A stretch of DNA of 64,000 bases from IMG/VR virus record IMGVR_UViG_3300044632_000653; one strand, 5' to 3'. Within the stretch, counting starts at the first letter, position 1. Every line of letters begins with the position of its first letter. Below are positions 58,883-64,000 of the stretch, in pieces. The DNA comes from a virus. The translations under genes were made by a program, and so were the position numbers. The notes below the pieces were generated by a model. The model was not told where the DNA came from, did not search any database, and saw only the letters and a list, made by a program, of their open reading frames with translations.

Positions 58883-60347
58883 CACGGACAAGATCGAAGT
58901 CGCCATCCTCAGAAGCCTCCTGCACCTGTCGGAGTTCACTCGACGGGTGCTTCCCTTTTTGAAGGAAGCCTACTTCCACGATCCCTGCGAGAAGAGGCTG
59001 TTCCTCACGATCTCGGAGTTCACCTCCAAGTACAACGCACCGCCGACCGAGGAGGCACTCAGCATCATCCTCGGTCAGCAGGACGGGATGTCCCAAGGCG
59101 AGTACGACGAATGCGTTCGACTTCTGCCTCTCCTTGGCGAGCCTCAAGAGCATCCCGACCTCCAATGGCTCATCGATCAGACGGAGAAGTTCTGCAAGGA
59201 CAAGGCGGTCTACAACGCTCTCATGGAGTCCGTCGAACTCCTTGACGAGAAGCGGTCGAAGGGGAGGTCCAAGGCTGCTATCCCCGAGATCCTCAAGGAA
59301 GCCCTCAGTATCTCATTCGATGAACACATCGGTCACGACTTCATTGAGGATGCCGAGCGGCGGTACGAGTTCTACCACAAGGTGGAGAAGAAGACACCGT
59401 TCGACCTCGACATGTTCAACAAGATCACCAACGGCGGGGTGCCCGACAAGACCCTCAATGTGATCCTTGCGGGAACTGGTGTAGGCAAGTCCCTGTTCAT
59501 GTGCCACCACGCCGCCAACTGCCTCTCGCAGAGCAAGAATGTCCTCTACATCACCTGCGAGATGGCTGAGGAGAGGATCGCCGAGCGCATCGATGCGAAC
59601 CTCATGGACATCACATTGGATGACCTCAAGAAGTTGCCGATGGATGTGTACGCCAAGCGGCTCTCCAAGGTCACGGCGGGGATCACGGGCAAGTTGTTGA
59701 TCAAGGAGTACCCCACGGCATCGGCGAACGCAGGGCACTTCCGACACCTCCTTGACGAACTGCGGCTGAAGAAGGACTTCAAGCCCGACATCATCTTCAT
59801 CGACTACCTCAACATCTGCGCCTCGGTGAGGTTCAAGCCTGGAGCGAATGTCAACTCCTACACCTACATCAAGGCGATTGCGGAGGAACTCCGAGGTCTC
59901 GCCGTGGAGATGGCGGTGCCGATCTTCACGGCAACACAGACCAACCGCTCGGGGTTCGGCAACACGGATGTTGACCTGACCGACACATCCGAGTCGTTCG
60001 GACTTCCCGCCACCGCCGACTTCATGTTCGCACTCATCGCCACCGAGCAGTTGGACGAACTCGGTCAGGTCATGGTGAAGCAACTCAAGAACCGCTACAA
60101 CGATGTCGCCACGAACCGAAAGTTCGTGGTCGGAATCGACCGTGCCAAGATGAAGTTGTTCGATGTCAGCGATCCAACGGCGAACCTCGTCAACGCAGCC
60201 GTGAACGACGATGACGATCCCGCCCCCGTGCGCCCACGCCCCCACGCACACGGGCGCACGGGCGTGAACGCATGCGCACCCACACGGGCGCACGGGCGCA
60301 CGGGCGCACGGAAACCACCCATCGATGATGACGATGGATGGACCTGA
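58872..60347 (+). CDS. gp41: Replicative helicase (T4 gp41-like)
   Basis: AGTGVGKS, IDYLNI, SESFGLPATAD, QLKNRY. Confidence 0.95.
   Translation: MQPNTDKIEVAILRSLLHLSEFTRRVLPFLKEAYFHDPCEKRLFLTISEFTSKYNAPPTEEALSIILGQQDGMSQGEYDECVRLLPLLGEPQEHPDLQWLIDQTEKFCKDKAVYNALMESVELLDEKRSKGRSKAAIPEILKEALSISFDEHIGHDFIEDAERRYEFYHKVEKKTPFDLDMFNKITNGGVPDKTLNVILAGTGVGKSLFMCHHAANCLSQSKNVLYITCEMAEERIAERIDANLMDITLDDLKKLPMDVYAKRLSKVTAGITGKLLIKEYPTASANAGHFRHLLDELRLKKDFKPDIIFIDYLNICASVRFKPGANVNSYTYIKAIAEELRGLAVEMAVPIFTATQTNRSGFGNTDVDLTDTSESFGLPATADFMFALIATEQLDELGQVMVKQLKNRYNDVATNRKFVVGIDRAKMKLFDVSDPTANLVNAAVNDDDDPAPVRPRPHAHGRTGVNACAPTRAHGRTGARKPPIDDDDGWT
60225..60311 (+). repeat. Phased CACGGGCG/alternating-dinucleotide tract (also 24764, 29571, 46223, 48092)
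   Basis: Tandem CACGGGCG units; CG/CA/TG/CC/GG dinucleotide phase held for ~86 bp. Confidence 0.85.
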
Positions 60348-60356
60348 CCTGCACAT

Positions 60357-60430
60357 GGACGGGTGCCTGAATCGGAAAAAGGTGGTCGCTTATAACGGCC
60401 CTCATGTGGGTTCGATCCCCACCCCGTCTA
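60357..60430 (+). tRNA. tRNA-Ile(UAU)
   Basis: Acceptor GGACGGG/CCCGTCT; anticodon arm GGTCG-CTTATAA-CGGCC; GTGGG-TTCGATC-CCCAC. Confidence 0.85.
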
Positions 60431-60451
60431 CTCATAGATACGGAAAATACC

Positions 60452-61609
60452 ATGCTCACATTCAAGGAAGTCGGCACCACAGAGATCACCCGCAACAAGC
60501 ACCTCCCCCATGTCGAGGACCTCATGTTCCTTGAGGGAAAGGGAGGTCTCGCCTCCTCGCTCCACATCCTCGCCGAGGTGATGCGTCAGTCCGATGGCAT
60601 CAGGATGTCGGTGAAGTGGGATGGTCGCCCCGCCATCGTGTGTGGGATCAATCCCGAGAACTCCAAGTTTTTCGTCGGCACGAAGGCGGCGTTCAACAAG
60701 GATGTCCGTGCGTTCGACACCAAGGATGGGATCATGGCGGGGGTGGAGAACCCCGACCTCGCCGAGAAGTTGGTCGAGTGCCTCGCATGGCTCCCTAGCC
60801 TCGGCATCCGAGGTGTCGTGCAAGGCGACCTCCTGTTCACCTCCGATTCCATCACGGTCACCGAGGAGGAGGTGGCGTTCCAACCCAACGCCATCAGGTA
60901 CTCGGTCGGAAGGAACACCGCCGTGGGCAAGGCGATCAGCAACGCCAAGTTGGGTGTCGCCTTCCATACGGTCTACGAGGGCAAGACCATGGGATCGCTC
61001 ACGGTCTCCTCGTTTGGATTCGACCCTTCCATGGTCGCACAGGATTCCCCCGTTTGGTTCCCGAGCATCTCCGTACACACCCTCACGGAAAGCACTCCAC
61101 TTGAGAACGCCACCAATGAGGCGAGGCTCCACTACTGCGAGGAGCAGTCGGAGAAGGTCGGGCAGTTCCTCGGGACCATGCTCTCAAACAAGGAACTCGT
61201 CCCCTTCCTCTCCCCCTACATCAACGCCACGGTCATGGCGAACATCTCGGAGTGTTCGGCACGGGGTCTTGCCCTCTACATCGAAACCAAGGTGGGCAAG
61301 GAGATCCTCAAGTTGAAGACCGACAAGGGCAGGTCGGACAAGAAGGCACTAGCAGACCGCCTGATCAACTTCACCGAGGTCTACGCCAAGCAGTTCGATA
61401 CGGCGTTTCTCCTACATAGGAAGATGGCTCTCGTAAAGGAATCTCTCCTCCAAAGGGTGCCTCTTACCGAGTTCCGCCATCACTTTGTCGATGCCGAGGG
61501 CATGCGACCGACCGAGCCCGAGGGAATCGTCGTGAGTGAGTCCAAGAGAGCCGTGAAGTTCGTGACACGGTCACGGTTCTCGGCGCAGAACAGGAAGGTA
61601 AACGGGTGA
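60452..61609 (+). CDS. Conserved T4-like protein with a ligase-like KWDG motif
   Basis: HLPHVED, SVKWDG.PA, QGDLLF, EGIV; TAGATA at 60435. Confidence 0.75.
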   Translation: MLTFKEVGTTEITRNKHLPHVEDLMFLEGKGGLASSLHILAEVMRQSDGIRMSVKWDGRPAIVCGINPENSKFFVGTKAAFNKDVRAFDTKDGIMAGVENPDLAEKLVECLAWLPSLGIRGVVQGDLLFTSDSITVTEEEVAFQPNAIRYSVGRNTAVGKAISNAKLGVAFHTVYEGKTMGSLTVSSFGFDPSMVAQDSPVWFPSISVHTLTESTPLENATNEARLHYCEEQSEKVGQFLGTMLSNKELVPFLSPYINATVMANISECSARGLALYIETKVGKEILKLKTDKGRSDKKALADRLINFTEVYAKQFDTAFLLHRKMALVKESLLQRVPLTEFRHHFVDAEGMRPTEPEGIVVSESKRAVKFVTRSRFSAQNRKVNG

Positions 61610-64000
61610 AAGGTTTCTCCACACACATCAGCGAGCGTGGTCCGAGGGACACCGCAGTCTTCTCGTTCGGGCGCATGAATCCTCCGACAACGGGACATGG
61701 TGTGGTGGTGGACACGGTCGTTGAGGAGGCTAGGGCTCTTGATGCCGATCACTTCGTCTTCCTCTCCCGCACACAGGATGCAAAGGTGAACCCCCTCTCG
61801 ACCGAGAAGAAGGTCGAGTACATGAAGGCGTTCTTCCCGAATACAAACATCTCCACCGAGGCTACGAACCCCTTCGATGCCGTCCTGCATCTCTGCGACA
61901 TGGGATACAAGAACATCGTCCTCGTCACGGGAGATGATCAACAGGCTGACTACGAGCGCATCCTGAAGTACAAGGGAACGGTCGCCGCCAAGGATCCAAA
62001 GGGAAGGTCCTACTCGTTTGAGTCGTTCCGAGTCCGTGTGGCGGGGGAGCCCCGCTCCAAGGATTCGACGGGACTCGCAGCCGTGGGTGCGACCGATGCC
62101 CGTGAGGCGGCTTTCAGAGGCGACTTCGCCGCATTCTCCGCACTCATCCCCACCGAGGACGGTCTCCTCAAGGAGCGGCTCTACAACGATGTCCGCAAGG
62201 GTCTCGGTCTCAACGAGGAGTATGTCGAGGAGGCTCGGGAGAACGGAGACAAGGTCACCATCCTCGCCCTGACATCCTCGGACAAGGATCTCTCGGACAC
62301 GATTGAGAAGATGGGGGAGATCTGCAAGAAGCGCAAGATCCCCTTCTATGCCGTCAAGACGAAGAAGGCGCAGATCGACCTGTCGAGCGTCGTGGCGAAG
62401 AAGATCACCATCAAGAACTATGACGGCGAAGGCAAGGATGTGACCATCGTTCCGAGCGACACGATAGCAATCGTCCGTGGCGGGGTTATGAACAGCGAGG
62501 TCGGGGTTGCGATCCTCACCATCCTTCAGAACAACGGCGTGTTCATGGTGAACGAGAAGGGGGGTATGGAACTCTGCGCCAACAAGTTGGAGACCGCCAT
62601 CGCCCTCAAGAAGCACGGTCTGCCCCACCCAAAGACCGCCTATGTCTCTAGCGAGGCGAACATCGAAGCCGCAGTCAAGGAGATCGGGGGCAAGTTTCCC
62701 GTCATCTGCAAGACCCTGACGGGTGCCGAGGGCATCGGTGTCTCCAAGATCGAAAGCATGGAGAGCCTCAAGAGCGTCCTACAGACGCTTTGGAAGTTCG
62801 GTGCCGAGATCATCATCCAAGAGTTCCTCCCCGACTTCAAGAACGATGTCCGCAGCATCGTCCTCAACGGCAAGATCTTCGCCTGTGCCAAGCGTGACAA
62901 GGCACCGAAGGACTTCCGCACGAACATCGCCCGTGGATCGAAGGGCGGCTCGTTCCAACTCTCCGACGAGGAGATCAAGTTGGTCGAGCAAGCCGCTCGG
63001 GTGAGCAAGTGCTACTATGTCGGAATCGACCATGTCATCAACGATGGCAAGCCGTACATCATTGAGATGAACGCAAGCCCTGGCAGCGGCAACATCTACT
63101 ACCGCTACTACGAGGACGGCAAGGGCAAGGACAATGTCAAGGGCGAGGAGTTGGTCGAGGACTTCCTTGACCACATCCTTGTCAAGGCAAATTGGAAGTT
63201 GTTCTCAAACCTCGCAGTCCGTGAGACGGTGAAGGTCGATGGCGTGGAGTACCAAGCCAAGATCGACACGGGGAACAGCGGCTACAACATGATCCATGCC
63301 ACGGAGATCAAGGACAACGGCGACCACACCGTCACCTTTAGGCTCCCGAGCGGCAAGAAGGTGACGAAGAAGATCATCAGCCGCATCAGCGTGAAAAGCG
63401 GGATCGGGGAGAAGAAGCGTCTCGTCGTGCTGATGGACATCGACTTCCACGGGAAGCACTATCCGAACATCAAGTTCTCCCTCGGCGACCGAAGCCACAT
63501 GTCGAGCAAGGTCCTCGTCGGTCTCCGATTCCTCGGACAGACGGGCAGCGTGGTTGACCCCGCCGATGCCATCTATCCTCAACCCGACCCCAAGAAGAAG
63601 GGGGTGACCGAGGAGGAGGAAGAGGAGGAGGAGATCTCGGAGATGTCTGCGGTCGAGGTGAAGGACGCAGCCAAGGAGATCATCACAAGCCCGTTGGTGG
63701 CGACCAAGGTATTCGCTCTCGCCAACAAGAAGAAAGTGCTGACTCCCGAGGCTTTCAAGAAGGAAGTTGAGACAACGAAGCAGGAAATCCTCGCCCACGC
63801 ATACAAGGTCACGGGCGCATCCGTGACCTTGAACATGTTCCTACAGAAGACCATGTTGGGCAAGTTCTTGGTGAAGATCCTCGACAAGGTCCTCATCCAA
63901 GGAACCATCGACCCCGTGATTGTGGGGAAGGCTCTCCACTCGGCTATTCCGTATCTCGGCATGGGCGACGATGTCGATGGCAATCCCCTCGTCGAAGCCG
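61606..64000 (+). CDS. 3'-truncated multidomain protein: leader, cytidylyltransferase-like, RimK-like ATP-grasp, retropepsin-like protease, further module
   Basis: Own translation from GTG 61606, no stop found: MKGFSTHISE; FGRMNPPTTGH; CANKL...GAEGIGV...IQEF...FRTNIARG...IEMNASPG; AKIDTGN; E8 run. Confidence 0.85.
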   Translation, partial: MKGFSTHISERGPRDTAVFSFGRMNPPTTGHGVVVDTVVEEARALDADHFVFLSRTQDAKVNPLSTEKKVEYMKAFFPNTNISTEATNPFDAVLHLCDMGYKNIVLVTGDDQQADYERILKYKGTVAAKDPKGRSYSFESFRVRVAGEPRSKDSTGLAAVGATDAREAAFRGDFAAFSALIPTEDGLLKERLYNDVRKGLGLNEEYVEEARENGDKVTILALTSSDKDLSDTIEKMGEICKKRKIPFYAVKTKKAQIDLSSVVAKKITIKNYDGEGKDVTIVPSDTIAIVRGGVMNSEVGVAILTILQNNGVFMVNEKGGMELCANKLETAIALKKHGLPHPKTAYVSSEANIEAAVKEIGGKFPVICKTLTGAEGIGVSKIESMESLKSVLQTLWKFGAEIIIQEFLPDFKNDVRSIVLNGKIFACAKRDKAPKDFRTNIARGSKGGSFQLSDEEIKLVEQAARVSKCYYVGIDHVINDGKPYIIEMNASPGSGNIYYRYYEDGKGKDNVKGEELVEDFLDHILVKANWKLFSNLAVRETVKVDGVEYQAKIDTGNSGYNMIHATEIKDNGDHTVTFRLPSGKKVTKKIISRISVKSGIGEKKRLVVLMDIDFHGKHYPNIKFSLGDRSHMSSKVLVGLRFLGQTGSVVDPADAIYPQPDPKKKGVTEEEEEEEEISEMSAVEVKDAAKEIITSPLVATKVFALANKKKVLTPEAFKKEVETTKQEILAHAYKVTGASVTLNMFLQKTMLGKFLVKILDKVLIQGTIDPVIVGKALHSAIPYLGMGDDVDGNPLVEA

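Noticed and set aside
1-64000. Stop-codon reassignment
   Set aside because: Core genes are full length in code 11; TAA, TGA and TAG all end genes; no suppressor tRNA seen

Overview
This is 64 kb of a high-GC, T4-like (myovirus-type) large phage genome. It has no integrase, CRISPR array or structural head/tail core genes. The right half holds the T4 replication module (gp45, gp44, gp62, RegA, dUTPase, gp43, UvsX, gp41), interrupted by two DNA methyltransferases and a ~9 kb glycosylation/NDP-sugar cluster. A tmRNA and four tRNAs (Arg-CCU, Leu-CAA, Gln-UUG, Ile-UAU) are present. The left half is accessory: a divergent VWA/metallopeptidase and MoxR/CobS-like AAA pair, a Dam-like methyltransferase, and many late-promoter (TAAATA) genes. 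The main observations are: (1) a phage-encoded cohesin-dockerin pair (a secreted two-cohesin protein and a trypsin-like protease with a Phycisphaerae-type dockerin), which also points to a Planctomycetota host; (2) more than a dozen proteins with T4 internal-protein-like capsid-targeting leaders on exactly duplicated leader cassettes, several of them apparent E-cleaved polyproteins; (3) a ~320 bp palindrome of four facing sigma70 promoters capped by DnaA boxes, a candidate origin; (4) phased Z-DNA-type CACGGGCG tracts written into unrelated genes; (5) strong 4-mer avoidance that matches the codons read by the phage tRNAs; (6) two candidate late multi-hairpin RNAs. All family calls come from motif recognition by eye, not database searches.
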